From Alphaproteobacteria bacterium UBA1002 (GTDB lineage Bacteria; Pseudomonadota; Alphaproteobacteria; Rickettsiales; UBA998): a stretch of DNA of 64,000 nt. Below the pieces are notes generated by a model. That model was given only the letters and a program-made list of their open reading frames with translations, made no database searches and was not told the DNA's origin. Position 1 is the stretch's first letter. The number at the start of each line of letters is the position of its first letter. The DNA is taken from the NCBI GenBank assembly GCA_002291845.1, contig DBAU01000110.1, positions 24,030 through 88,029 of the forward strand, in the 5' to 3' direction. Position numbers and translations under genes: made by a program. Positions 10,338 to 21,489 of the stretch are shown piece by piece.

Positions 10338-11738
10338 TTAGCTCTCGTCATAGAGCGGCACAAAGATATTGAAACTAGAGCCTTTCCCGACCACACTATC
10401 AATCGTGATCGCGCCGCGGTGACGGGTCATGATCCCCTTCACAATGGCCAGACCCAGCCCCGTGCCGCCGATGGTGCGGGTACGTGCCGTATCAACACGG
10501 TAAAAGCGCTCTGTCAGCCGTGCCAGATGTTCTTTGGCGATCCCCTCACCCTGATCTTTCACCGATACCACCATCACGCGGCTGTAATTGCGCATATTCT
10601 GGTCACGCGGCAGCTCAGTTGTCACCCGCGCAGAAACCGTGACATCGCTTTCCGGGCTACCGTACTTTAATGCATTGGAAATTAGATTATAGAGCACCTG
10701 CCCAAGCTCTTTCATGTCGCCTTTCACCAGAGGCAGGCTTTCAGGTACATCAACAACAAGTGAAACTTTTTTCTCGCGGGCAGGCATCTCAAAATGCTTG
10801 ACCTCATCGCGGATAAGCTGCTGAAGGTCTACAGCATCCATGGGCACGCTATGCGCGTTCATTTCAATCTTTGAGAGCGAGAGAAGATCGTCGATCAGGC
10901 GCTTCATGCGCTCGCCCTGCTGGGCCATCAGCGGCAAGAAAATATCCAGCGCTGCCGGATCGTCCTTGCCTACGCCCTGAAGTGTTTCCACGCAGCCCAT
11001 AATCGTGGTCAGCGGGGTACGGATTTCATGGCTGGCATTCGCCACGAAGTCAGCGCGCATTTGTTCCACCGATTTCAGCTCGGTGATGTCATTCATGGTG
11101 ATGACGATCGACATCCCTCCTGCGGAGGGGATGGGGAATCGCTCGATGACGGCGAGGAAGTCACGCAGCACCGGCTCTTCGATACGGAATTCCACCTCAC
11201 GGCCCCGCAGGTCTTCAATCACCGAGCTGACCGCATCGATCAGGGAAGGATTCGCGATGATATCTCGCAGGTGCCTGTTGGCGAGGTTCTGGCCAAAAAT
11301 GGCGCGTGCTGCCCGGTTGGTACGCACAATCTGCTTCTCATCATTAATCATGATGAGAATATCCGGTAGGGTATCGACAAGGATTTCGCGCTCCGTGATC
11401 ACACGCTCCATCTGCTGCTTCTTGATCTCCCAGATGCGCTGCAGGCGGCCCAGCGCCTCCGATAGCTCCGCCACCATGGAAAGGAAGCTCAGGTCAGGTG
11501 GACGTACCCGCTTATCCTGGCTGAGGTTCTGCACGTAATGATTCAGCGCGGAAACGTTAGCAAGAAAGGGATACACAAATGCTGTGGAGCCGAGCAGTAT
11601 CACCAGATACGCCAGTAGGAAATGGGTCAGATCGAGCGCACCAACCACCACCAGCACGGCCATCACCAGAAGCGGCGGCAGCGAAATCACTAAGGCTGAT
11701 TTCAGCAAGGTATTGAAAGGGACACCAGTACGGGACAT
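10338..11738 (-). CDS. phoR: Phosphate regulon sensor histidine kinase
   Basis: Two N-terminal TM segments and a PAS-like region. H-box SHEIRTPLT, N/G boxes NALKYG, DQGEGI and GGTGLGLAIV. Lies directly upstream of pstCAB. Confidence 0.85.
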   Translation of the reverse strand: MSRTGVPFNTLLKSALVISLPPLLVMAVLVVVGALDLTHFLLAYLVILLGSTAFVYPFLANVSALNHYVQNLSQDKRVRPPDLSFLSMVAELSEALGRLQRIWEIKKQQMERVITEREILVDTLPDILIMINDEKQIVRTNRAARAIFGQNLANRHLRDIIANPSLIDAVSSVIEDLRGREVEFRIEEPVLRDFLAVIERFPIPSAGGMSIVITMNDITELKSVEQMRADFVANASHEIRTPLTTIMGCVETLQGVGKDDPAALDIFLPLMAQQGERMKRLIDDLLSLSKIEMNAHSVPMDAVDLQQLIRDEVKHFEMPAREKKVSLVVDVPESLPLVKGDMKELGQVLYNLISNALKYGSPESDVTVSARVTTELPRDQNMRNYSRVMVVSVKDQGEGIAKEHLARLTERFYRVDTARTRTIGGTGLGLAIVKGIMTRHRGAITIDSVVGKGSSFNIFVPLYDES

Positions 11739-11816
11739 GCGTGTAAAAGGCTCGGGGGATTTACTCTGCTAAGCAGATAGCATTCCCCGAGGCATCATCC
11801 AACCAAGAAACCGCCC

Positions 11817-12857
11817 TTAGAGATAAATCTTCTGAATATCGACCGACGACTTCACACCCACATGGCGGAAATTCTCCTGCAACCAGTCGCGCGCCATCTG
11901 CCGTCCGGAATCTCTGAGATATTGTACGAAATCCCAGTCCGCATTGAGCTTACTCGCACGGCTGAGATTCGCCATCAAATGCTGCGTCTCGATGAGGTGC
12001 AAACGTACATCTTTGTAATCCTCGCGTGCCAGTTTACCCTGCTCAATCAGTTTTTTTACGAACATGACAGCACGTATTTCGGGCATGAGGCTTGCGTTGA
12101 AGCTGATATCATTGACCCGATCCAGAATTTCCGGAGCCTCCGTGGGTAGCTCTTCAATATGTACCGGGTTAATCTGTACAATCAGAACATCCTCACTCTT
12201 TGTTTCATAAAATAAGGGGTAGAGCGCAGGATTTCCGGTATATCCACCATCCCAGTACGCTTCTCCATCAATTTCAACCGCTTTAAAAATAAAGGGCAGG
12301 CATGCGCTGGCCATCACCACGTCCAGCGTAATTTCCTGTGGACGGAAGACACGCCCTTTTCCGGTTTTTACATGGGTTGCGTTGATAAATAGCTTGATGG
12401 CGTCACATTGTCGGACCGCATCAAAATCCACCACCTCGGCCACGACTTCACGTAGCGGATTGAAATCAAAGATGTTTAGGCGGTAAGGCGACCACATACG
12501 GGTAATAAAATCTAATGCTAGAAAGGTGGGAGAACAATGCAGCCCATCATTCTGAAACAGCCGGTCAAACGGTGTCTCCTGCCAGGGCAGCAGGGCCGAG
12601 GCAGCCGCCATTTTGAACCAGAGATCATGCAGTGCCTGTTTTGCCCCTTCCGGGCCACCTTTCATATACCCGCTGACAAAAGCCGCCGCATTAACCGCCC
12701 CGGCACTCGTGGCGGTGATTGCCTCAATCGCCAAATCCTCCTGGTCCATCAGCGAATCCAGCACCCCCCAGGTGAAAGAGCCATGGGCTCCACCTCCCTG
12801 TAGGGCCAGATCAATCACTTTGGTTGTCCCTTTCGAGGCAGAACGGCGGGTGCTCAT
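11817..12857 (-). CDS. Patatin-like phospholipase
   Basis: Gly-rich GGGAHGSFTWGVL, nucleophile elbow ATSAGA and Asp motif YWDGGYTGN. Confidence 0.8.
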   Translation of the reverse strand: MSTRRSASKGTTKVIDLALQGGGAHGSFTWGVLDSLMDQEDLAIEAITATSAGAVNAAAFVSGYMKGGPEGAKQALHDLWFKMAAASALLPWQETPFDRLFQNDGLHCSPTFLALDFITRMWSPYRLNIFDFNPLREVVAEVVDFDAVRQCDAIKLFINATHVKTGKGRVFRPQEITLDVVMASACLPFIFKAVEIDGEAYWDGGYTGNPALYPLFYETKSEDVLIVQINPVHIEELPTEAPEILDRVNDISFNASLMPEIRAVMFVKKLIEQGKLAREDYKDVRLHLIETQHLMANLSRASKLNADWDFVQYLRDSGRQMARDWLQENFRHVGVKSSVDIQKIYL

Positions 12858-12865
12858 AACGGTTC

Positions 12866-13054
12866 CTATTTCGATTTAAACAAGGCGGCAGCGGCCGCTT
12901 CCATACCGGACTTTGCATGCAGCGCATGTTCGGTACGATTTTTCTCCTCGGCTAGAAAGTCCAGATATTCGCGCAGATCCTCGCGGCTCAGGCCTTCTAG
13001 CTTACGCGGCAGTAGCGCCGCTTTTGGTTTAGGGCGGTCTTCCTCATCAAACAT
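12866..13054 (-). CDS. DUF1192-like small protein
   Basis: 62-aa ORF. LSREDLREYLDFLAEE is typical of the alphaproteobacterial DUF1192 family. Confidence 0.6.
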   Translation of the reverse strand: MFDEEDRPKPKAALLPRKLEGLSREDLREYLDFLAEEKNRTEHALHAKSGMEAAAAALFKSK

Positions 13055-13149
13055 CGTAGCACTCTCCGGTGTGCGTGTTATGCTGATACATGGTAGAGGG
13101 AAGTTTTTTCATACAAAAGCAAATTAGGATAGCGGGCGTGAATAGCAAG

Positions 13150-14127
13150 ATGCGTGCCATCCGGTTGGCATCTCCGGGAAAAGCAGGCCAGCTGGTCGAG
13201 GACATTGTGGATATTCCATCCCCAGGCCCGGGGCAGGTTCGTCTGCGTATAGCCTATGCCGGGCTTAACCGAGCCGATCTCTTTCAGGTCGAGGGACGTT
13301 ATCCAGCCCCTGTAGAAACAGGAATGATCCCCGGCCTGGAAGTCTCCGGCTGGGTTGATGCGTTAGGCGAAGGCGTCCATGACCTGAGCCCCGGGCAACC
13401 TGTCTGTGCATTGTTGATCGGCGGCGGCTATGCGGAATATTGCGTAGCGGATGCCGGGCTGGTGATACCCCTTCCCTCCCACGACCGTCTAAAGGAGGCC
13501 GCCGGACTTCCGGAAGCTTTGCTAACCAACTGGCGGGCATTGGTGCGACTGGGTGAAGTCAACGCAGGTCAGTGCGTACTCCTCAGTGGGGGGAGCAGCG
13601 GCATCGGAAGCTTTGCCATCTCGATGCTACGTGCGCTGGATGTGCATTCGATTGCATTGGCGGGAAGCGCTGAAAAACGTGAATTCTGCAGCCGGCTCGG
13701 CGCTACCGCAGTGGATTATCGTTCAGCCAACTTGCTGGAAGCCCTGCGCGCATCCGCTCCTCAGGGTGTGGATGTTGCCCTTGATATGCTGGGCGGGTCC
13801 TTCCCTGCATTGGCATGTGAGCTGCTCAATCATGGGGGTAAGCTGGTTAGTATTGCGCTCTTAGAGGGCGCGCGCGTGGAACTTCATGCGGGTCGCTTAC
13901 TCCTTAAAAATCTGCATTGGATGGGCATGACACTGCGCAGCTTGCCGACAACAGAGAAAGCAGAAATGCTGCGCGAGGCCCTGAATCGCCTTGGCCCCGC
14001 TTTGTCCAGCGGGCAATTACGCCCGGCACTGGATCAGATTTTCCCCCTGGAAGCGGCGGAAAAAGCGCATGCCCGCATGCAACAGCGCTTGCATCTTGGT
14101 AAAATTTTACTAGAAGTAAGCGCTTAA
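13150..14127 (+). CDS. NAD(P)H:quinone oxidoreductase (MDR/zinc-ADH superfamily, Qor/PIG3-like)
   Basis: Start moved to MRAIRLAS. Has the GroES-like N-terminal domain and NAD(P) fold SGGSSGIGSFAI. Confidence 0.8.
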   Translation: MRAIRLASPGKAGQLVEDIVDIPSPGPGQVRLRIAYAGLNRADLFQVEGRYPAPVETGMIPGLEVSGWVDALGEGVHDLSPGQPVCALLIGGGYAEYCVADAGLVIPLPSHDRLKEAAGLPEALLTNWRALVRLGEVNAGQCVLLSGGSSGIGSFAISMLRALDVHSIALAGSAEKREFCSRLGATAVDYRSANLLEALRASAPQGVDVALDMLGGSFPALACELLNHGGKLVSIALLEGARVELHAGRLLLKNLHWMGMTLRSLPTTEKAEMLREALNRLGPALSSGQLRPALDQIFPLEAAEKAHARMQQRLHLGKILLEVSA

Positions 14128-14158
14128 CCCGGAAATTGTTAATAACAAGGAACAAGCC

Positions 14159-14746
14159 ATGACCCTCCCACTCATGCCGAAAGCAACCGCCGTCTGGCTG
14201 GTGGATAATACAACCCTGACCTTCGAACAGATTGCTGAATTCTGTGGGATGCACCCGCTGGAAGTTCAGGGTATTGCTGACGGAGAGGTTGCCACGGGCA
14301 TCATCGGCGTGGACCCGCTGGCCAATGGGCAGCTGACCAAAGACATGATTGACGCCTGCGAAAAGGATTCAGCAAAAAAGCTGCTTATTGCGGTTACGGC
14401 ACGCGAGTATCTCGATACCCGCGTCAAAGGCAGCCGCTACACGCCACGCGCACGCCGCCAGGACAAGCCCGAAGCAATTGCATGGCTCCTGAAATACCAT
14501 CCCTACCTTTCTGACAGCCAGATCATTAAATTGATTGGCACGACCAAGAAAACCATTGATTCCATTCGTGAGCGCTCCCATTGGAACATTGCGAATATCA
14601 AGCCGAAGGATCCCGTGCTGCTCGGCCTGTGCATGCAGATCCATCTGGACGAAGCCGTGCGGCGCTCACGCCCGGCCGATGCTCCGATCACCCCGGTGCC
14701 TAGCGAGGATGACGAGCCCTACGCCTCCACCGGCACGGACGCGTAA
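14159..14746 (+). CDS. DUF1013 / TrcR-like cell-cycle regulator family protein
   Basis: N-terminus MPKATAVWLVDNTTLTFEQIAEFCGMHPLEVQGIADGEVA is characteristic of the alphaproteobacterial DUF1013 family. Confidence 0.7.
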   Translation: MTLPLMPKATAVWLVDNTTLTFEQIAEFCGMHPLEVQGIADGEVATGIIGVDPLANGQLTKDMIDACEKDSAKKLLIAVTAREYLDTRVKGSRYTPRARRQDKPEAIAWLLKYHPYLSDSQIIKLIGTTKKTIDSIRERSHWNIANIKPKDPVLLGLCMQIHLDEAVRRSRPADAPITPVPSEDDEPYASTGTDA

Positions 14747-14755
14747 CGTCAGCAT

Positions 14756-16243
14756 ATGTCACTGGCCAGCGAGCACGCCGAATCCCTCGCCGGACAGGTG
14801 GATCGCTTCGAGGAAGCGTCGCTGCTCTGCATTGGCGATGTGATGCTGGATCATTTTTTTTATGGTACGGCCTCACGCATTTCGCCTGAGGCACCCATAC
14901 CTGTCCTGAAGATCGAGCGGCAAAGCGCCATGCTTGGTGGGGCAGGTAATACCGTGCGCAATATGATCACCCTCGGTGCGCGGGCAAGCTTCATTTCGGT
15001 TGTCGGAAATGATGACGCGGGTAATCGCATTGTGACGCTGGCAGGGCAGGAGCCCCGGCTTGAGCCGTTTTTACTCACCGATTCGAAGCGTGTTTCTACA
15101 GAAAAAAGCCGCTACATCGCCACCAGTCAGCAGCTGCTTCGCGCGGATTATGAATCCGTTGAGCCACTGCCCATGGCATTGCAAGAAAAGGTGCTCACGG
15201 CCGTGCGGGATGACATCCTGCGCTATCAGGCGGTAGTTCTCTCCGATTATGGCAAAGGCATGCTGACGGATGCGCTGATCCGTGGCGTGATGGAAACAGC
15301 CAACGCTGCCGGTGTTCCTGTATTGGTCGATCCCAAGCGGCGTGATTTGTCCGTCTATCGCGGGGCAACGATCCTAACACCCAACTTACGTGAACTCAGC
15401 GAGGCTTGTGGGCAAAATCTAGTCTCAACCGAGGAAGTGATTGCCGCAGCGCGCGATCAGATGCATGCACACAGCATACAGCACATGGTGGTCACAAGGG
15501 GCGCACAGGGCATGATTCTTGTGCCGCATGATGAAGAACCTCTGGTTGTCAGCGCGCGCGCGCGTGAGGTGTTTGATGTCTCGGGCGCAGGGGACACAGT
15601 GGTAGCCACGCTTGCCGTTGCTCTGGCTAGCGGCTGCTCGCTGCCCGATGCCGTAGAACTGGCGAATACAGCGGCGGGGATCGTCGTTGGCAAAATCGGG
15701 ACCTCCGTGGTCTACCGTAACGATCTGAAAACGGCGCTACACACACAGGGCGTCACAACCAGTGGCCATAAAATTTATCCACCTGCGCTGGCCTCTGAGC
15801 AGATCGACGCATGGAAACAGACCGGACTGAAAGTTGGTTTCACCAATGGCTGCTTCGACTTGATCCATGCGGGTCATCTAGGCCTGATTAATGATGCGCG
15901 CGCCTTCTGCGATAAGCTGGTGGTGGCCATCAATTCTGACGACTCTGTGCGCCGTCTGAAAGGCGCCAGCCGCCCCGTGAATTCGGAGATGGAGCGGGCT
16001 TTACTGCTTGCTGAGCTCTCCGCGGTCGATATGGTTGTTATTTTTCATGAAGATACCCCAGAAACGTTGCTCACACTTCTCAAGCCAAGTGTGCTGATGA
16101 AGGGGGCTGATTATGCCCTAACAGAGATCGTCGGGGCCGATTTTGTACAGTCTTATGGGGGGGAGATACGCCGCATCCCCCTGCGCGAAGGTTACAGCAC
16201 CACCAACATCATCGAGCGGATCACCCGTCAAGCCAACGCTTAG
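14756..16243 (+). CDS. hldE: Bifunctional D-beta-D-heptose 7-phosphate kinase / heptose 1-phosphate adenylyltransferase
   Basis: Ribokinase-like N-terminal half (DVSGAGDTVVA) and cytidylyltransferase C-terminal half (GCFDLIHAGH). Confidence 0.9.
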   Translation: MSLASEHAESLAGQVDRFEEASLLCIGDVMLDHFFYGTASRISPEAPIPVLKIERQSAMLGGAGNTVRNMITLGARASFISVVGNDDAGNRIVTLAGQEPRLEPFLLTDSKRVSTEKSRYIATSQQLLRADYESVEPLPMALQEKVLTAVRDDILRYQAVVLSDYGKGMLTDALIRGVMETANAAGVPVLVDPKRRDLSVYRGATILTPNLRELSEACGQNLVSTEEVIAAARDQMHAHSIQHMVVTRGAQGMILVPHDEEPLVVSARAREVFDVSGAGDTVVATLAVALASGCSLPDAVELANTAAGIVVGKIGTSVVYRNDLKTALHTQGVTTSGHKIYPPALASEQIDAWKQTGLKVGFTNGCFDLIHAGHLGLINDARAFCDKLVVAINSDDSVRRLKGASRPVNSEMERALLLAELSAVDMVVIFHEDTPETLLTLLKPSVLMKGADYALTEIVGADFVQSYGGEIRRIPLREGYSTTNIIERITRQANA

Positions 16244-16300
16244 CCACGCCGCATCATATGGCTAAATTCAGCATAGGGCACAGAGATCAACTCTGAGCAT

Positions 16301-16336
16301 AAAAAAAGCGGCTCGCTCAGGAGCCGCTTTTTTTTG
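16301..16336. terminator. Bidirectional rho-independent terminator between convergent hldE and rpmE
   Basis: A7-gcggctc-gctcag-gagccgc-T8. Perfect 7-bp GC-rich stem flanked by an A-run and a T-run. Confidence 0.7.
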
Positions 16337-16351
16337 ATAAATACAGGCAGC

Positions 16352-16594
16352 TTACGCTTTTTTCTTGGTGGTAAAGCTTTCCAGTCCGGCAAACTTGTTG
16401 CGGAATTTCTCCACCTGACCGGCTTTGCTGAAGTTTCGCTCAGCATTGGGGTTCCAGGCCTGGTGGGTGGTGGGGTCAACGTCCAGTTTCATCACGTCAC
16501 CCGGCTTGCCCCAGCAGGAGCGGGTCATAAACTCGGTCCCGTTGTTCATCACGATCTTAATCTCGTGGTAATCAGGGTGAATGCCTTCTTTCAT
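16352..16594 (-). CDS. rpmE: 50S ribosomal protein L31
   Basis: MKEGIHPDYHEIKIVM N-terminus. 80 aa. Confidence 0.95.
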   Translation of the reverse strand: MKEGIHPDYHEIKIVMNNGTEFMTRSCWGKPGDVMKLDVDPTTHQAWNPNAERNFSKAGQVEKFRNKFAGLESFTTKKKA

Positions 16595-16635
16595 ATGCGT
16601 CTCCGTTGGCCTATTTCTGCGCCAGAGTGGGGCTT

Positions 16636-17493
16636 TTAGCGGAAACCACCTGCCAACGCAACCGTTTTTACCTCATCCGGTGCCACGAGATGATTGATCG
16701 GCCCATGGCCACTGCCAAAGCCAGGAGCTTCCTCTATGGCGCGGTGGACGTACTCCCGTGCCCCAACCACCGCATCAACCAACCGGCGCCCTTGCGCCAG
16801 ACCTGCGGCAATCGCGGAAGCCATGGTACAGCCTGTTCCGTGAGTATTATTGGTAGGAATACGTTCTGAATCAAAGACTTCATAAATATGATGACCGAGT
16901 AGCACATCATGAAGCCGGTTGCCGTCCAGATGGCCACCCTTGAGCAGTACCGCCGCGGGCCCCATCTCAAGAATGCGTGCCGCCGCAGCCTTCATATGCG
17001 TCAGGCGGGTAATTTCCATCCCGGTTAAGGCCTCTGCCTCCGGGATATTCGGGGTGACAATGGAGGCTAACGGCAGCAGACGCTTTACCAGCGCCTCTTC
17101 TGCGGCGGGCTGAAGCAGACGCTGCCCTCCCTTGGCCACCATGACGGGGTCAACCACGACCGGGACAGCCAGGGCCTTCTGTTGAATGACTTCCGTAACA
17201 GCGTCAATAATATCCGCGGTGTTCAGCATGCCCGTTTTAATGGCATCCGCGCCGATATCATCAAGCATGGTTTCCATTTGCAGGCGTACAAAGCGGGCCG
17301 GAACCTCGTAAATATCAGCAACACCCTGCGTATTTTGTGCCGTCAGCGCCGTTATCGCCGTGGCGGCATAACCGCCAAACATGGTCACAGTCTTGATATC
17401 CGCTTGAATACCCGCCCCGCCACCGGAATCCGAACCGGCCACAATCAACACACGCCCGGGTCCGTCATGGGCTTCTGGTAGTTTCCATTCCAT
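16636..17493 (-). CDS. thiD: Hydroxymethylpyrimidine/phosphomethylpyrimidine kinase
   Basis: AGSDSGGGAGIQADIKT and C-terminal GTGCTMASAIAAGLA. Confidence 0.9.
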   Translation of the reverse strand: MEWKLPEAHDGPGRVLIVAGSDSGGGAGIQADIKTVTMFGGYAATAITALTAQNTQGVADIYEVPARFVRLQMETMLDDIGADAIKTGMLNTADIIDAVTEVIQQKALAVPVVVDPVMVAKGGQRLLQPAAEEALVKRLLPLASIVTPNIPEAEALTGMEITRLTHMKAAAARILEMGPAAVLLKGGHLDGNRLHDVLLGHHIYEVFDSERIPTNNTHGTGCTMASAIAAGLAQGRRLVDAVVGAREYVHRAIEEAPGFGSGHGPINHLVAPDEVKTVALAGGFR

Positions 17494-17544
17494 CGATGCC
17501 TCCCGTTTATCCCATTCGTGAATTCCTGAGGACGCCCAAAAGCA

Positions 17545-18900
17545 TCAAGCGGCCTTCGTGGCCGCTTCCATGTGCCGCGTCAGTGCCCCAGACCATTGTT
17601 CTACCATATCCTCGGTCTCGGCTTCCACCATGATTCTGACCAGCGGCTCGGTGCCGGACTTGCGGATGACCAGCCGCCCCTTACCCGAAAGCGCCGCCTG
17701 CGCCTCGGCGATGGCTTCCTGCACCGTACGGTTATCCAAGGGATTAATGCGGTCAAAACGCACATTACGCAGCTGCTGAGGATAGGGCGTGAAGCGACGG
17801 GCACACTGGCTCATCGGCCGCTGTTCGGTCACCATCACCGCCAACACCTGCAGCGCGGCAATCAAGCCGTCGCCGGTGGTGGTGTAATCAGAGAAAATCA
17901 AGTGGCCAGAAGGCTCACCCCCAACATTCAACCCTCCGGCGCGCATGGCTTCCAGCACGTAGCGGTCGCCCACCGCCGCACGGGTCAGCCCAATCCCTTT
18001 AGCATCCAAAAAACGTTCCAGGCCCAGGTTTGACATGAGTGTTGCGGCCACACGCCCCCCTTTCAGCTTGCCCATCGTCTGCCAGCCCTCGGCGATCAAT
18101 GCCAGGATCTGATCCCCATCAATCACGTCTCCATGCTCGTCGCACATCACCACACGATCGGCATCGCCATCCAGCGCAATGCCGAGATGGGCCTCCAGCT
18201 CACGTACTTTGGCGCACAGGGCTTCAGGATGCGTCGAGCCATAGCCCTCGTTGATGTTAAACCCGTCAGGGCTGACCCCGATGGATGTCACGTCTGCTCC
18301 CAACTCGCGAAGGATAACCGGGCCAACCTGATAGGCGGCGCCATGGGCACAATCGAGGACGATCTTCACCCCATCCAGACGCAGATGACGTGGAAATGTC
18401 TGTTTTACAAACTCAATGTAGCGTCCCTGCGCATCCTCGATCCGCTTGGCGCGGCCAAGCTTCCGCGGTACGGCACGCAGCGACGTCATGTCGGAATCCA
18501 TCAGCCGCTCAATCTCCAGTTCCGTTTCATCGGAGAGCTTATAGCCATCCGGGCCGAACAGCTTAATCCCATTGTCCTGAAAGGGATTGTGTGAAGCGGA
18601 GATCATGACACCCAAATCAGCGCGCATGGAGCGCGTCAGCATCGCCACGGCTGGAGTCGGCAGCGGCCCGACCAGCAACACATCCATCCCCACCGAAATA
18701 AATCCGGCAGTGAGAGCGGGCTCAAGCAAGTAGCCGGAAAGGCGGGTATCCTTGGCAATCACGACTTTATGGCGGTAATCGCCGCGGTTAAAAACCTTGC
18801 CCGCCGCCATGCCAACGCGTAGGGCCAGATCCGCTGTCATGGGCGGCTGGTTCGCCTCTCCGCGAATACCATCCGTGCCGAAATACTGGCGCGTCACCAT
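17545..18900 (-). CDS. glmM: Phosphoglucosamine mutase
   Basis: FGTDGIRG, active-site ISASHNP and Mg site LDGDADR. Confidence 0.95.
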   Translation of the reverse strand: MVTRQYFGTDGIRGEANQPPMTADLALRVGMAAGKVFNRGDYRHKVVIAKDTRLSGYLLEPALTAGFISVGMDVLLVGPLPTPAVAMLTRSMRADLGVMISASHNPFQDNGIKLFGPDGYKLSDETELEIERLMDSDMTSLRAVPRKLGRAKRIEDAQGRYIEFVKQTFPRHLRLDGVKIVLDCAHGAAYQVGPVILRELGADVTSIGVSPDGFNINEGYGSTHPEALCAKVRELEAHLGIALDGDADRVVMCDEHGDVIDGDQILALIAEGWQTMGKLKGGRVAATLMSNLGLERFLDAKGIGLTRAAVGDRYVLEAMRAGGLNVGGEPSGHLIFSDYTTTGDGLIAALQVLAVMVTEQRPMSQCARRFTPYPQQLRNVRFDRINPLDNRTVQEAIAEAQAALSGKGRLVIRKSGTEPLVRIMVEAETEDMVEQWSGALTRHMEAATKAA

Positions 18901-18975
18901 TAACTTACCTTCATAAAAATGACATTAGGCAGTGATAATCTATGCCTCATTAAAGGAAAAGGAAACTTTACAGCC

Positions 18976-19437
18976 ATGACTCTAGAATCTCCTCTGAAAC
19001 ACAATCTGACCACGATTGTACAGAATGACCGCCTCCCTGCAGGCCTGCGCGAGTCGGCTCAGGCCATCCTCGCCATAGGATTTACCACCCCACCTGGGAT
19101 CGGCGGGAGCGGACTCAGCGCCCGGGAAATGCTGAACGTTAACTGCTTGTCGCGGCAGGATTACGTACGCCTGGCCTCGAATTTCCGTCAGCAATGGATG
19201 CAAGCCAGTATGCAGCTGGGCACCAATCACCCCGACCTGCCACGTGAGACAGCGCATATGCTGCGTACCACCTCGGAACTGCTGAACGGACAGGACAACC
19301 GCAGCCCTGAGCGGGTCTATGAGCGCAACCGTGCTTTACTCACGGCGTCGGCGCTGCGGCCTTCCAGCGAGCTCCCCTCCTGCCCCGGCATCAGCCCGGC
19401 TCAGACAAGGCCAACGGAGCCCCCCTCTCGTTCATAA
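18976..19437 (+). CDS. Hypothetical protein
   Basis: ORF with no recognisable family. The start is uncertain (18919 or 18976). It ends 6 nt from the convergent ftsH stop. Confidence 0.35.
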   Translation: MTLESPLKHNLTTIVQNDRLPAGLRESAQAILAIGFTTPPGIGGSGLSAREMLNVNCLSRQDYVRLASNFRQQWMQASMQLGTNHPDLPRETAHMLRTTSELLNGQDNRSPERVYERNRALLTASALRPSSELPSCPGISPAQTRPTEPPSRS

Positions 19438-19443
19438 GACGGC

Positions 19444-21441
19444 TTACGCCATACCGTCGCCGTCGGACTTGATGTCGTCGATCACATCGTGGCCCATGGC
19501 ACTGTGACCGGGGGGAATCGCGGCATCGGTCACATTAGCGCCGTTGGCCTTCTTGCGGCTGGAGGGCACGCTGGTAACACGGCGAGCACGGGCCGTTTCC
19601 TTCGTCTCGTCACGGATCGGCTCTCCTTTCAAGAGGCGCTTAATCTCGTCACCTGACAAGGTTTCATACTCCAGTAACCCTTTGGCCAGTGCGTGCAGTT
19701 CGTCCATATGCGTCTGAAGCATCGCGCGAGCGCGTTCATGCGCCTCTTCAACAATCCGCTTTACCTCTGCATCAATCATCGCTGCCGTCTCATTGGAAAC
19801 CGGGCGCTCTTGCGTGTAATTACCAAGGAACACTTCCTGCTGATCACTGCCATAATTCAGCGGGCCCAGCGCATCGCTCATCCCCCATTGAGTGACCATC
19901 GCACGCGCCATTTTGGTCGCATACTGGATGTCAGAGGAGGCACCAGATGTCACTTTATCATAGCCAAAAATCAGCTCTTCGGCGACACGGCCTCCCATGG
20001 CAACACACAGATCATCATGCAACTTTTCGCGGGTGACTGAGAGCTTATCGGACTCCGGAAGGCGCATCACCATACCCAGCGCGCGGCCACGCGGAATGAT
20101 CGTTGCTTTGTGGATGGGATCCGACGCCGGGCAATGCAGGGCAATGACGGCATGGCCTGATTCATGGTACGCCGTGAGTTTCTTTTCCTCCTCACTCATC
20201 ACCATGGATTTGCGCTCGACACCCATCATCACCTTGTCTTTGGCTTCTTCCATCTCCTTCATGGTCACAACACGCTTATCACGGCGAGCGGCCAGCAGCG
20301 CCGCCTCGTTGACCAGATTCGCAAGGTCGGCGCCCGAGAAGCCCGGTGTGCCGCGTGCGATGATACGGGCATCCACATCCGGAGCCAGCGGTACGTTACG
20401 CAGATGCACGCTGAGAATCTTTTCCCGGCCGTCAATGTCAGGGTTTGGCACTACAATCTGACGGTCAAAGCGGCCCGGACGCAGCAGCGCGGGATCCAGT
20501 ACGTCCGGACGATTGGTCGCAGCAATCAGAATCACCCCCTCATTCGCCTCAAAGCCATCCATCTCGACGAGAAGCTGATTGAGCGTCTGTTCGCGCTCAT
20601 CATTGCCGCCACCAAGGCCTGCCCCACGGTGACGACCAACCGCATCAATCTCATCAATAAAGATGATGCATGGGGCGTTTTTCTTGCCCTGTTCAAACAT
20701 ATCACGCACGCGGGAAGCGCCAACGCCGACAAACATCTCTACAAAGTCTGAACCGGAGATCGTGAAGAAGGGGACCCCCGCCTCTCCTGCAATCGCACGG
20801 GCCAGAAGCGTTTTACCCGTTCCCGGGGGGCCGACCAGCAGACAGCCTTTGGGAATTTTCCCTCCCAGCTTCTGGAATTTTCCTGGATCTTTAAGGAATT
20901 CGACGATCTCTTGCAGTTCGTCTTTTGCCTCATCGATACCCGCGACATCTTTAAATGTTTTACGCTCAGTTTTTTCGGTGAGCATGCGGGCACGCGACTT
21001 ACCAAACCCCATCGCACCGCCGCGTCCGCCACCGGACTGCATCTGCTTCATGAAGTAAAAATAGACCCCAATGAGAATCAGGAAGGGCAGCCACGACAAA
21101 AACGTGGTCCAGAATGCATTCATGTTTTCACTGGCAGGCACCACCGTCATCTTCACCTGATGCTTTTCAAGGACGTCTACCAGGCCCGGATAATTCGGCG
21201 CATGCGTGATGAATGGCTCTTCATTACGTTTGCGCCCAGTAAGCAAAGTCCCTTTTTCCGGACCCTGCTCAATCTCGACAGAGGCAATCCGATCATCCCG
21301 CACTTCTTGTAAGAACTCAGAAAAAGCTAACCGCTTATGGGTGGCATGGCTCATCCCTTCCGGCTGGAAAATTTTGAAGAGCACCATCGCCACAACAAAA
21401 ATACCGGCCCAAAGGAGGAGGTTACGCGTCAGATTAGACAT
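19444..21441 (-). CDS. ftsH: ATP-dependent zinc metalloprotease FtsH
   Basis: Two N-terminal TM segments, Walker A GPPGTGKT and zinc site HESGHA. Confidence 0.97.
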   Translation of the reverse strand: MSNLTRNLLLWAGIFVVAMVLFKIFQPEGMSHATHKRLAFSEFLQEVRDDRIASVEIEQGPEKGTLLTGRKRNEEPFITHAPNYPGLVDVLEKHQVKMTVVPASENMNAFWTTFLSWLPFLILIGVYFYFMKQMQSGGGRGGAMGFGKSRARMLTEKTERKTFKDVAGIDEAKDELQEIVEFLKDPGKFQKLGGKIPKGCLLVGPPGTGKTLLARAIAGEAGVPFFTISGSDFVEMFVGVGASRVRDMFEQGKKNAPCIIFIDEIDAVGRHRGAGLGGGNDEREQTLNQLLVEMDGFEANEGVILIAATNRPDVLDPALLRPGRFDRQIVVPNPDIDGREKILSVHLRNVPLAPDVDARIIARGTPGFSGADLANLVNEAALLAARRDKRVVTMKEMEEAKDKVMMGVERKSMVMSEEEKKLTAYHESGHAVIALHCPASDPIHKATIIPRGRALGMVMRLPESDKLSVTREKLHDDLCVAMGGRVAEELIFGYDKVTSGASSDIQYATKMARAMVTQWGMSDALGPLNYGSDQQEVFLGNYTQERPVSNETAAMIDAEVKRIVEEAHERARAMLQTHMDELHALAKGLLEYETLSGDEIKRLLKGEPIRDETKETARARRVTSVPSSRKKANGANVTDAAIPPGHSAMGHDVIDDIKSDGDGMA

Positions 21442-21489
21442 AAATACTCGTGCTTACTTTCTATCCGATTCATACAGGTGACTCATGTG